Source of the DNA: Chrysochromulina tobinii
Lineage: Eukaryota
DNA length: 41,970 nucleotides
Direction: 5' to 3'
Assembly (NCBI GenBank): GCA_001275005.1
Contig: JWZX01003156.1
Span: 1 to 41,970, forward strand
Part shown: positions 20,292-30,861 of the stretch, in pieces
Position numbering within the stretch: position 1 is the first letter of the stretch
How the letters are laid out: the number at the start of each line of letters is the position of its first letter
The notes under the pieces: model-generated
The model's input: the letters and a program-made list of their open reading frames with translations, nothing else
What the model was told of the DNA's origin: nothing
Database searches by the model: none
Program-made: the position numbers and the translations under genes

Positions 20292-22044
20292 ATGCAACTT
20301 GTATTCGCGGCGCTGCTTTCGACGACGACGACGCGGCGGCTCGCGATCGGCATCGATGTGGGTACTGGAAGCGCACGAGCAGGCATAGTTGACGTCACCT
20401 CGGGCGCGCTCTTAGCCACACATAAGCGCGACATCAAGACTTGGAGCCCAAAGCCTGATTATTTCGAGCAGTCGTCGGAAGACGTGTGGGCGGCATGCGC
20501 TGAGTGCGTGCGTAAAGCGTTGGCGATGGCTGGCGCCTCTGCGTCCGATGTTATTGGAATCGGCTTCGATGCCACGTGCTCGCTTGTGTGCGTAGATAGC
20601 GAGAATAAGCCGGTTGGTGTTGATCCGGACTTGCGCCGGGCTGATGAGCGGAACATTATCCTTTGGGCGGACCACCGCGCGAATGACATAGCTGCCGCGA
20701 TCAACGCGAAGGGCCACGCACGCCTCGCAACCGTTGGCGGCGCCATCTCTCCGGAAATGGAAGTGCCCAAGATGCTGTGGCTCAAGCAGCACCTGCCCGA
20801 CGCCTTCGCGCGGGTCATCAGTGGTGGCAAGTTTCTGGACCTACCTGACTACCTCACGTACCGCGCGACCGATTGCACCGATGATGTCAGATCACTGTGC
20901 ACCGTCGTGTGCAAATGGAACTACGACGCCAACGGAGAGGGCACCGGCGTGGGCTTTGATCGCAATTTCCTCGGATCGGTCGGCTTTGCGGACAATGAGC
21001 TCTCCGACTACACAATCGGAGCTCGCGTGGCTGCACCGGGAGAGCCAGTCGCAGGGGGCCTTGGTCCAAAGGCGGCGGCGGACTTTGGCCTGTTGGCAGG
21101 CACTGCGTTGGCCGTCGGCATGATTGACGCGCACGCCGGCGGCATCGGCTGCTTAGGTGCGAAACTGAACGGTGCGGGCGGCCTCTCTCCCAGCTCGCCA
21201 CTTGCAGAGGCCTCGCCTCTCTCCTCGCGGCTCGCCCTGATCGCCGGCACTAGCACGTGCCACATGGCGTCGTCGTCCGCGCCGTGCTTTGTGCCGGGGG
21301 GTCTGGGGTCCTTACTGGAGCGCGATGGTGCCTGGGCTGTACCTGAACGAGGGTGGCCAGTCGGCGGCCGGCTCCCTCCTCGACCACTTCGTGCACACGC
21401 ACGCAGCCTACAGCGAGCTCGAGGAGCTCGCACGCGCGCGTGGCGTGCCGCCGACGATTGCACTCAACGAGCGTCTCAAGGAGATGGCCAGCGCGGCGGG
21501 CACAAGCGTCGCGGTGCTCGCGAGAGACGTTCACGTGACTCCGGATGCGCTCGGCAACCGCTCGCCGCTCGCCGACCCGCTCATGCGCGCCGCCGTGGTG
21601 GGGCTGGGTCTCTCAGCCACGCTCGACGACCTGGCGTTCCTCTACTTGGCGGCAGTGCAGGCGCTCGCGTACCAGACGCGTCACATCATCGAGGCGATGG
21701 AAGAGGCGGGCCACCCACCCATCACCTCCGTCATCGCGTGCGGTGGCCTCTCCAAAAACGTCCTTTACGTCAGCACGCACGCCGACGTTCTCGGGCGCAC
21801 CATATACTTACCTGTCCAGGACGAGGCCGTGCTTCTCGGAGCAGCCATCCTCGGTACCGTCGCGGCCGGGGCCCACCCGTCCATCGCGGTCGCGATGGAG
21901 CGCATGAGCGCCGTCGGCACGACAGTCCGGCCGGGCGGCGGCGAGGGCGGCGGCGACGTCGAGCTGCACGAGCGCAAGTACCGCGTCTTTAGGAAGATGA
22001 CCGAGGACCAGCGCGCATACAGAAACATCATGGCGGGCGGGTAA
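20292..22044 (+). CDS. FGGY: FGGY-family carbohydrate kinase (D-ribulokinase-like); apparent +1 frameshift in the G6 run at 21296-21301
   Basis: IGIDVGTGSARAG, EQSSEDVW, GIGFDATCSLV, NIILWADHRA, SPEMEVPKMLWLK, DLPDYLT, RSLCTVVCKW, IDAHAGG, IAGTSTCHM, FVPGVWGPY (after removing one G), EGGQSAAG, GNRSPLADP, CGGLSKN, EAVLLGAAILG. Confidence 0.9.
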
Positions 22045-22306
22045 TAACTTTTGTGATGGAAGGGTGTGCTATAGCAGCACACTTGTTCTCTGATCTCTGT
22101 CCTCGCCGCGTCCCGCCCCACTCAGCACTCTCTCCTCGACAAGGCTGGCTACCGGAGAGTAATCCATATGCTTGCTAGGTACTTGACTGTGTGCGCCTAC
22201 TAACTTAATTTTTTTTTGTTTTTTTGGGCCGAGTGTTACATTCACAGCCACCGTGTTTCTAATAAGTCGAATCACAGGCAGGATGCACAGGCAGGAGTCG
22301 AGAAGC

Positions 22307-23554
22307 ATGCACGTGGCGCTCGTCGCACCACACAACTGCGAGGCCACGCGGCGCTCGCTCGACGAGCATGGTTTGCTCGATGCGAGCGCACGAGCCTTTA
22401 AGCACGGATGCGACATTGCGTTGCCGCTCTCACAAATAGCGATCTCTCAGCTGGCCCTCGCCGAAATATGTGGAGACAGTGACGAAGATGGCGATACCTC
22501 GCTGCTGCTTCACTGGTCGGGTGGAGTGCTGCGCGCAACCGAGGTTTGCGAAGGCCGTATCGGGCGAGGGCCTCGTGCCGCAATGCAAGCCGCCTGTGCA
22601 CAAGCTCTCAGCGGTTGCCCCTCCGAGGTGACCATTGTCCTGCTGAGCTCAGACATGCTTCCGAGACGCTGGGAGAAGCTCGGCGACATCGTGCTATTTG
22701 CGCCGACTGGGCTATTTGATGACCCCGATTCGGCAACGCCGGCTGCGGCTGCCGTAAAAAAGCTTACGTCAGAGCAGCGAGCAGCGCTCTGGTCGGTTCT
22801 GGCCGAGTCGGTGGGTGCTGCTAGGCTTGGAGTCCAGTCGCGAATCGAGACTAGCCTGCATCGCAAATCGACCGCGCGACTCCTGTGGCCCACCGCTGGG
22901 GCGAGCGGATGGACACTGCATCGCGAAAATGGCATCACCTACGGGCTCGACGTGACGCGCAACATGTTCTCGTCCGGCAACGGCACCGAGAAGGCGCGAG
23001 TGGCCCGCTTCACTTGCAAGGGTGAGACGGTCGTCGACCTCTATGCAGGCATAGGCTACTTCAGCTTGGGGTACCTGGTGCACGCGGGGGCAGCGCATTT
23101 GCACGCGTGCGAGTGGGACGACGATGCGGTGGCAGCTCTGCGACACAATTTGGAGGCCAACGGTGTCGCCGAGCGCTGTACCGTTTACGCAGGTGACAAT
23201 GCTGCGAGCCTACCCGCGTTCCGCGGGATGGCGCATCGCGTCAACTTGGGGTTGATCCCGAGCTCCGAGGCAGGCTGGCCCGTCGCGATTGCTGCGCTTC
23301 GTCCGGAGGGTGGCATGCTCCACGTGCACGCCAATGTGAGCTCGGATGTGAAGCAGGAGGCCGCGTGGGTCGAGATGCTCCTCGTTCGCCTTCGCGAGCT
23401 CAGTGTTGAGGCTGGCCGCGACTGGCGGCTGAGCCTCGAACATCTCGAGCGCGTCAAGTGGTATGCCCCTCACATCAGACACGTAGTTGCAGACGTCCGA
23501 TGCGGGCCTGTGGGTCAGCCTATGGATGCCCTTTCTACTGAGAGAAATGCGTAA
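22307..23554 (+). CDS. TYW2: tRNA wybutosine-synthesizing protein 2 (Trm12/TYW2, Met-10+-like)
   Basis: RWEKLGDIVL, RENGITYGLDVTRNMFSSGNGTEKARVA, VVDLYAGIGYF, ACEWD, RVNLGLIPSSEAGWPVA, LHVHANV, VKWYAPHIRHVVAD. Start is ATG 22307 or 22283. Confidence 0.88.
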   Translation: MHVALVAPHNCEATRRSLDEHGLLDASARAFKHGCDIALPLSQIAISQLALAEICGDSDEDGDTSLLLHWSGGVLRATEVCEGRIGRGPRAAMQAACAQALSGCPSEVTIVLLSSDMLPRRWEKLGDIVLFAPTGLFDDPDSATPAAAAVKKLTSEQRAALWSVLAESVGAARLGVQSRIETSLHRKSTARLLWPTAGASGWTLHRENGITYGLDVTRNMFSSGNGTEKARVARFTCKGETVVDLYAGIGYFSLGYLVHAGAAHLHACEWDDDAVAALRHNLEANGVAERCTVYAGDNAASLPAFRGMAHRVNLGLIPSSEAGWPVAIAALRPEGGMLHVHANVSSDVKQEAAWVEMLLVRLRELSVEAGRDWRLSLEHLERVKWYAPHIRHVVADVRCGPVGQPMDALSTERNA

Positions 23555-23925
23555 CATATCGTGAATCGTCCGCATTGCGTCACCGCACGTCTCACGACCG
23601 GCGATGCAGCACGATTGCGCGTTCGTTCGGGGGCCGGAGTAGAAGTCGAGTAGTGCGATCCCGGATGCGCAAACCGCCCGACAGACGACATCAGAAAGTT
23701 TCCTCAACCGTCAACGCTGTCACTATAACGTACGGTAACCGAACGAATCCCTCCTATCCATTTATCGTAATCGTTGTATCTAGTACGAAGTTTATGTTCT
23801 CTGTGCGTAGTACGAGCGGCGAGCCCTCTCGCGTCTCGGGATAAGTCTCGCTGCCGCGGTGCTGCGACGGCGCGCCGACCCGTGGCGTGTGGCACTCGAG
23901 CGTCGGACACGCCCACGCGGGCGTT

Positions 23926-26900
23926 TCAGATCTTGTACTTGGCGTACCGATCCGCTTCCGCCGGAGCGCCAAGGGCTGCGTGCTCATCAAGTGAGCGCTT
24001 GAGCTCCTTGCGCGCCGCTCTCACGTTGGCGTCGCTGTCGCTCTCGATCAAGAAATAGAGCTTGCGCTCGCCCGCCGGCGGGTTGCGGCCGGGCGGGAAG
24101 TAGGAGCCCTTCGCGGTGATGGCGGCCTTGGTGAGCTCCGAGATGCCAAGGATGACTTCTCGAGCCATCACCTTCTGGCGCGCCATCTGTGGATAGTCGT
24201 TGATCTCGAGCTCGCTCTTGTACCGCTCGGTGCGCACTGGCTGCGCCTTAAGCAGCGCCTCGCGCGCCGCAGCGGCCTGGGCCTCAGCCTCGCGCGCTGC
24301 TTGCGCGCCACCTCCGCAGCCTTCTCCTGCGCCGCCTCCAGCGCCTTCCGCACAGCTGGCGGCAGTGACGCCATGCGTGCATTCTGGAGCTGCGTAGCCG
24401 CGTCGACGACGGGGCTGGGAGCTGGCAAGTTGAGCGCGGCGGCACCCGCAGCCGCGGCGAACGCGAGCGGATTCACCGAAGCGGCGGCGCCGGCGGCGCC
24501 GCCGATGCTGCTCGTGCTGCTGGTGCTGCTGGCACCGGCAGAGCCCTCGGCCACCGCAACGGTGCTCTGCGCGAGCCCCATCCCGCCACCGTTGGCGGCT
24601 GCAAGCGCAGAGACCTCCTTGGCCGCCTTGGAGGCCTCGAGCATGCGCTTCTTGACCTCAGCTGCGATAGCGTTGCCGCCCTGCACGTTGCCCAGTTGCT
24701 TCTGCAACGTCTTGGCCGCCTGCGCCGCGGCAGCCGCGACCGAGGCGCCCGTGTCCATCATGTCGAGCTGGCCGCTGCTGCCGGCCGCGCCGCGCCCCTG
24801 CGAGACCACAACGGCATCGTCATCGTCGTCGTCGTCGGCATCGTCGAGCTCTACGCCGGCCGCCCGCTGCGCCGCCCGGCGCGCCTCGCGCTTGTGCTTC
24901 TCCTCCTTGGCGAGGCTTTCCGCGTCGAGGCTGATGCCCTTGCCCGACTTGAAGCCCGAGGTTCGGTAGTCTTTTGTACTTAGCTCGCCGTTGCGCCGCT
25001 TGGCCTGGTATGAGTTGGCCATGCAGAGCAACTCGTCGGGAGGCTCCTGGCCCGCCGCCTCCATCGGCCTTCACCAGGTCGGGCGCGAACTTCTCCTCGT
25101 CGGGCGCGAGGAAGGTGTACGCGATCCCCGTGTTGCCAGCGCGCCCCGTCCGTCCCACGCGGTGCACGTAGTCCTCGTAGTGGTTGGGCACCTCGTAGTT
25201 GATGACGACGGCGAGCCCCTTGACGTCGAGGCCACGTGCGGCGACCGAGGTGGCGACGAGCACGCTGATGTCGCCATTCTTGAAGTTGGCGATGGTCGAA
25301 TCACGATCGTCCTGCCCCATGCCGCCGTGCAGCGTGGCACATGGCAAGTTCTGCTTGAGGAGCTGACGGAAGAGGTTGTCGCTCGCCTCCTGAGTGTCGA
25401 CGAAGACGAGCTGCTGCCCCTCGTCGTAATGCTGGCGCAGCAGGTGGCAGAGCCGCGGCAGCTTCTGCTCCGCGGAGAGCACCTCCACGTGCTGCTCGAT
25501 CATATTCGAGACGACGGAGATGCCGCCGACGATGATCTGCACCGGCTTGGTGAGCACCGAGCGCGCGAGCTTCTCGACAGCCTGTGGGAAGGTCGCCGAG
25601 AAGAGCAACGTCTGCCGGTCGGGCCGCGTGTTGCCAACGATCCGGTCGATCTGTGGCGCGAAGCCCATATCGAACATGCGGTCGGCCTCATCGAGCACGA
25701 CGTACGTGGCGCGGCGCAGGTTAGTCACGCGCCCCGAGTTGGCCGTGAGCATGTCGATCATGCGCCCGGGCGTGCACACTACGATCTCGGCGCCGCGCTT
25801 GAGTTCGGCGATCTGGGCCTTGAGATCGGCGCCGCCGTACACTGCGGCGGTTGCGAGGCCGACCACCTTGGCGAACTTGGCGACCTCGCGGTAGACCTGC
25901 ATCGCCAACTCGCGCGTCGGTACCATCACGAGGCCGATGGGGCCGTCGCCGGGCGCGAGCGCTGGCTGGTCCATTACGTGCCGCAGCAATGGCAGCGCGT
26001 AGCCCATGGTCTTGCCGCTGCCCGTCTTGGCGATGCCAATGACGTCGCGGCCCGACATGATGGCGGGCAGCGACTGTGCCTGGATCGGGAATGGCTTGCC
26101 GTAGCCCGCCTTGGCGATGGCGCCGAGCAGCCGGTCGGAGAGGCCGCACTGCGTCCAACGCTTGATGGGTCGTGGGCAGCGCTTGCCACGCACCTTGATA
26201 CTGTCAAGCGATTTGCGCAGCTCCTCGACCTGCTCCTCGCTCATATTGCTTATCTCGGGCACCTCGACGTAAAAGTTTTTGCGGAAGGGTGCGTATTCGA
26301 CTGTGCTGTGGTCGATCTTGGGCAGCTCCTTCTTCTTCGCTCGCGCGGCGAGCGCTCTATCCGCCTCGTCCTCCTCCTCGTCCTCGCCCTCGGGTGCCTC
26401 TACATGCTCAGCCGCCTCGGGGAACTCTTCGACGAGCGCGTCCATTGCGTCGTCGCGCCCCTCTAGCAGCTCCTGTGACGCATGCGCCGCCTGGCGCGCC
26501 GCCTCCGCAGCCTGCGCCCGCATCGCGCGCATGAACTCAGCGTGGAAGTTGGAGGGCTCCTCCAACGCCTCGGGTACGGCAGCGACTGCGGCAGTGGCGG
26601 GGATACCAGCAGCAGCTGCGGACGTCTCTGTCTCCGCCGTCGCCGACGACGACGCGGCTGCCGTCGAGGCAGCAGGCGGCGGCAACTCAACTGCCGAAGC
26701 GCCCTCCACATTGGTCGCCGGCGTCGCGTCATCCACCTCCATGGCGGCCGCACTGCTGGAGCCAAGGCCGCTGGCTGGCAAGGCCGCGTTCGCCATTGTG
26801 TCCCATGACGAGGCCGGCCGCGAGTTCATTGCGACAATGTCTTCCCACGTGATAGCTGTCTGCTGCACGACGGCGCCCTCGTGGCCGAGGTCGCCCGCGA

Positions 26901-27660
26901 GGAAGGCGTCCAATGGATAGAAGCTCGCCGTCACTCGCCGACCGTCAAAGAAGCGTCCATCCATCGAGCGCGCGCACTCGGCCGCGGCCTCGGCGTCCTC
27001 GAACTCGACAAAGATGCGTCCGACCTGCTCCGCGGGCGTGGGCGCGCCATCGGGATCGACTGTGCCAACAGCGTGGACGCGCAACAGATTGCCCCATCGA
27101 GAGCATTCGTGCCCTGTCTCCATGCGCGTCGTGTGCACCTCCTGCACATCGCTGGCATTGGCGGCACTCAGCACGCCCACGAGCAGCACACAGCGCGAGT
27201 TGCCCTCGCGAGCCGGCCGCCGCTCGGCGTCGGCCTGGGCGGAGATCGCATTCATGTATGCCTCGAGCGCGTCCGCGCGCTCGTCGGGCTCGACCGTCGA
27301 GTCGACACTGTTCAGTCCTCGGCCGCTCTGCCTGGTGCCTGCGTCGCCGCGCCCATTGGCGAGGACGATGCTCAAATCTGCACGTCTTGGCGCTGAGGCG
27401 TCAAACTCATCATCTCCGTCCTCGTTCCAGACAGCGTCGTCCTCGTCAGGCGGTCCCTCACGCTGAGCTGCGGTAGCCTCTGAGCCAGTGCCTGCAGAAG
27501 AGGAGCTGGCAGCGGCAGGCTTGGTGCCGGAAGCATCTGCGAGCAGCTCCAAGGCTCTGAGCTTGGCCTGCCTCTTGAGCTGCATCACGTCGAGCCGCGC
27601 GGACTCGAGCTCGCGTGACGCCGGTGAAAGAAGCTCGTCGAGCTTACGCTTGTCGGCCAT
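23926..27660 (-). CDS. DDX46: DEAD-box RNA helicase DDX46/Prp5 with an extra N-terminal UHM domain; two apparent frameshifts near 25066 and 24294
   Basis: DPLD-like DALEAYM, IDHSTVEYAPFRKNFYVE, Q motif FPIQ, AKTGSGKT, PTRELA, TPGR, DEAD, SAT, HRVGRTGR, SGFKSGKG, C-terminal KH ELEINDYPQMARQKV...ERKLYFLIES. Spans ORFs 24820..28080, 24168..25064 and 23926..24237; ATG 27660 (MADKRK). Confidence 0.88.
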
Positions 27661-27837
27661 TGCGGCAATTCCGCAGAAAAGGGCCGTCGCGCACCATCCC
27701 CTCTTAAGGATATTTCCCCCACGAAGAGCGAAGGCTTGCTCGACGCAAACTGAATTTGGTTCGGCTCTTTGCGCAAACTCTTCCCGGGACCCGTCTTTCT
27801 CGCAATGTCGCTTTCGTCGCCGCGGAAGAGGCTGAGC

Positions 27838-28786
27838 ATGGTCGCGGCGCGATTCCCGCCGCCGGTGGCCTCTCCCAGCAGCGGCGGCAACGCGAGCGGG
27901 CCGCTGCGCGCCGTGCGTAACAAGGGCGCTGCCGGCCGTGCGGCCGCATGGCCCTACGGCCCACGATCTGCGCGCTTTCGTCTGCTTGAAGTGCGTGAGG
28001 CTCTGGGCGCGATGCCTGCGCAATTCGCGCAGGCGGTGAGCGCGCAGCTCCCGAGTGACTCGGCGCTCCACCACCAGCATCTCCTCGACATGGAGGCTGG
28101 CTTCGCGCTTGTGCCTGCGCCCGTGCTGGCTGCCGCCGAGCGGCTACACGCTGACCACCAGGCAGACCTTGAGCGACAAGCGGCCGCGCGTGAGCCGCAG
28201 GTCCTCATCGGGGGCGAGTACCCGTACCAGGAGCCCATGCAGGGGCCTGACTACCAGATCGCACCGTCGCGCTACATGGGCAGCATGGGAAGCAACAAGG
28301 CCCATGTCGCGCGAGGTGCGGAAGGACCAGCTCGTCTACCAGCCAAAGATGCCGCAGGCCAAGGTGCTCGACTACCTTGAACAGACCAAGGCCGTCCTCG
28401 CGCGCGCCGATGGCGCGCCGCGCTTCTCCGAGGAGGTCGCCCTCTCCATCCTGCACGATCTGCGCTACAACGCTGAGGCGGCGCTCGCCGCGCTCCGCCA
28501 CTGCGTCGCGTGGATGCAGCCGCCGCCGTCGCCCGCCGACGCGCCGACGAAGCCACCCGGCCGCGCGGCGGCGGCCAACTCGGTGCTCTGGCTGCAGCGC
28601 CTGCGCGAGCACCAGCGGCGAGTCGCCTGGAGCGACGGCGAGAAAGAGGCGCTCGACGCGGGCATCACGGAGTATGGCAAGGAGCTCGCCTCCGTGTACC
28701 GAGCACAGACCGTTCTACAGGAGAAGTCGCTGCCGCAGCTCATCGAGATGTATTACGTCGCCGGCTGGCGTCACCAGTCGCCCTAG
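27838..28786 (+). CDS. ELM2-SANT domain protein (MIER/MTA/RCOR-like corepressor); apparent +1 frameshift near 28300
   Basis: ELM2 GPDYQ..., LVYQP, VLDYL, EEVALSILHDLRYNAEAALAAL; SANT WSDGEKEALDAGITEYGKELASV...KSLPQLIEMYY. Removing one G at AACAAG-G-CCCATG joins ORFs 27769..28380 and 28055..28786. Confidence 0.72.
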
Positions 28787-29058
28787 CGCGCGCGTCAGCG
28801 CACGCGTCGCGCAAAGCGTCGCTGTTCCTAGTTGGTGCCCCGATCCAAGGAGCAGGGGGTAAGCGCCAGATGTGTTGATGTACATCAGACATGGCCTCCA
28901 GGCCAAGAGAGGTCCGAGTAACCCGCCGATTTTGACGACAAAACGATCAGAGAGTTCACAGACTTTTCCTTGGAGTTCACAGCCATTGTTCACAGTTAAG
29001 AAGCAGCGTCTCGGGCGGTCCGCAACGTGGATCGCGAAGGCCCCGTCGAATCAGAGAG

Positions 29059-30645
29059 ATGCGCATGGCATGTGCGTTTGTGGCGCTCATCACATGCACC
29101 TATGCGCTCGACCAGGATTCATCGAAGGTCTACCCAACTGCCCACCGTGGACAAAGGTCGCCTCGGCTTCCATCGAGTAAGACCAAAAAGAGCAATTGGC
29201 TGCCGCAGGGCGACGATATGGACCGACAAATCATGAGCCTTTACGCTCCTTCCTTGGTGAATCTAGCGCTCCCGTCGATTCCTGGCGCTTTGGACACCTT
29301 TTGGGTGGGAAGGTTTGGCGATGCTATTTCGCTGGCCGGACAGGGCGTCGCCAACCAAGTGTTCAATTCCCTGTTCAACATCTTAATTTTTGTCCCGAAA
29401 GTGACGTCCCCGTTGGTGGCGCGGGCGTTTGCAGCTGGCGACGTCGAAGGCGTGCACGACCGCACGTGCAACTCGCTCTTCGTTGCTTGCGCGCTCGGAG
29501 CCTTAGGCATGATCGCCCTCGTGGGGTGGCCGCACCACGTCCTGCGCACTGTGTTGCCGGAAGGGGCGTTGGCAGCTCCGTTTGCTGCTCGATACTTACG
29601 GCTGCGGTCGATCAGTGCTGTGGCTGCAGCCTTCTCTGCCGTTGCGTTCGCTGCTTTCCGAGGGACGCTTAACGCTCTGACTCCGCTCCGCGTCGCCTTC
29701 TGCCAAAACGTGCTCGACATGGCGTTGGATCCGGTTCTCATGTTTGGTACCGGACTCGGTGTTGCGGGTACGGCAGTTGCGACAGCTGTTGCAGAGATTT
29801 GCTCTGCATGCATGTACTTCGTCCTGCTACTGCGCCTGCGGCTGGCGTCGTTGAAGGGCATCCTAACGCCTCCCAACTTGAGAACGGTAGCATTGCTGAT
29901 GAGCGGTGCGGCGGATTCCGTGGCGGAGAACGGCGAAGCACACCGCAGCAAGGCCACCACGGGCAAAAGAAACTCTCCTTCGAGGTGGGCTGCACTGGAT
30001 GTGATTGGGCTGCCAGTGACGGACGTGACGTTGATGTTGATCATGCTTGCGCGTACCAAGGCTGCCCAGTCGATGGATGTCTCGGGCCTCACGGGAGCCG
30101 CTTTCTCGATCGCGATGACTCTCTACTTGCTGGGCGAGACGGTAAGCCAAGCCATGCAGGCAACCTCCTCAGCCTACGTCGCCTCGCGTGCCGCCATCTC
30201 GGTGAACGAGGCCGCCTTGGCATCCAAGCGTGTCTTGGGCTGGAGCGTGGTGCTCGGCTGCTTGGTCTGCACAGCACAGCTGACGGCCCTTCCCCACCTG
30301 CTTCGGCTCTTCACGCCCAACGCCGCCATCCGGTCCGCCGCCGCTCCCGCCGTCGTGGTGGGCGCGCTGATCCAGATTACCAACCCCGCATGCTGTGCGA
30401 TGGAGGGCACGGCGATGGGCATTGGGATGTGGGGATGCCTCTGGAAGACGAACGTGGTCGCGCAGGTCCTCACAATACTCAGCCTTGAGTTCATGATGCG
30501 CCGGGGTTGTGGTCTGGTTGGAGTGATGTCGAGCTTTGGTGTCCTCAACATGACGATCTTGATTGGACTCGCGATGCGCATCTACGGGAAGGAAGGTCCG
30601 CTCGGAACAGGGAGCCAGCAGGGTAGGCAGGGTACCAAGTGGTGA
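29059..30645 (+). CDS. MATE efflux transporter (DinF-like subfamily) with N-terminal extension
   Basis: IMSLYAPSLVNLA, LDTFWVGRFG, LAGQGVANQVFN, VTSPLVARA, YLRLRSI, AAFRGTLNALTPL, LDPVLMFGTGLGVAGTAVAT, second repeat with CAMEGTAMG; many hydrophobic helices. Confidence 0.88.
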   Translation: MRMACAFVALITCTYALDQDSSKVYPTAHRGQRSPRLPSSKTKKSNWLPQGDDMDRQIMSLYAPSLVNLALPSIPGALDTFWVGRFGDAISLAGQGVANQVFNSLFNILIFVPKVTSPLVARAFAAGDVEGVHDRTCNSLFVACALGALGMIALVGWPHHVLRTVLPEGALAAPFAARYLRLRSISAVAAAFSAVAFAAFRGTLNALTPLRVAFCQNVLDMALDPVLMFGTGLGVAGTAVATAVAEICSACMYFVLLLRLRLASLKGILTPPNLRTVALLMSGAADSVAENGEAHRSKATTGKRNSPSRWAALDVIGLPVTDVTLMLIMLARTKAAQSMDVSGLTGAAFSIAMTLYLLGETVSQAMQATSSAYVASRAAISVNEAALASKRVLGWSVVLGCLVCTAQLTALPHLLRLFTPNAAIRSAAAPAVVVGALIQITNPACCAMEGTAMGIGMWGCLWKTNVVAQVLTILSLEFMMRRGCGLVGVMSSFGVLNMTILIGLAMRIYGKEGPLGTGSQQGRQGTKW

Positions 30646-30861
30646 CGTGTTCCTTGATTGCCACACTCTGGCACTCACCGAATCAATGGAAGCTGTAAGT
30701 ACACACTTAAAAGGTAGCACGCACTCGTCGAGACCAAAACATAGTTCAGATAGTCCCCGCCCTGTGGCTTTTTTCCCAAATTCTTGTTCACTTACCAAAT
30801 ATGGTACTATTTTGCGTGAGTCTAGCGGTAGAGGACCACGTTGAGCTAGAGCGGTCGAGTC

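Noticed and set aside
21296..21301. Programmed ribosomal frameshifting in FGGY, DDX46 and others
   Set aside because: No shared slippery heptamer or stimulator, mixed directions, and sites in short G/C runs typical of sequencing error.
27661..28080. 140-aa N-terminal extension of the 1086-aa DDX46 ORF
   Set aside because: Non-ATG start; it runs through the promoter and antisense to the ELM2-SANT gene. ATG 27660 is the more plausible start.
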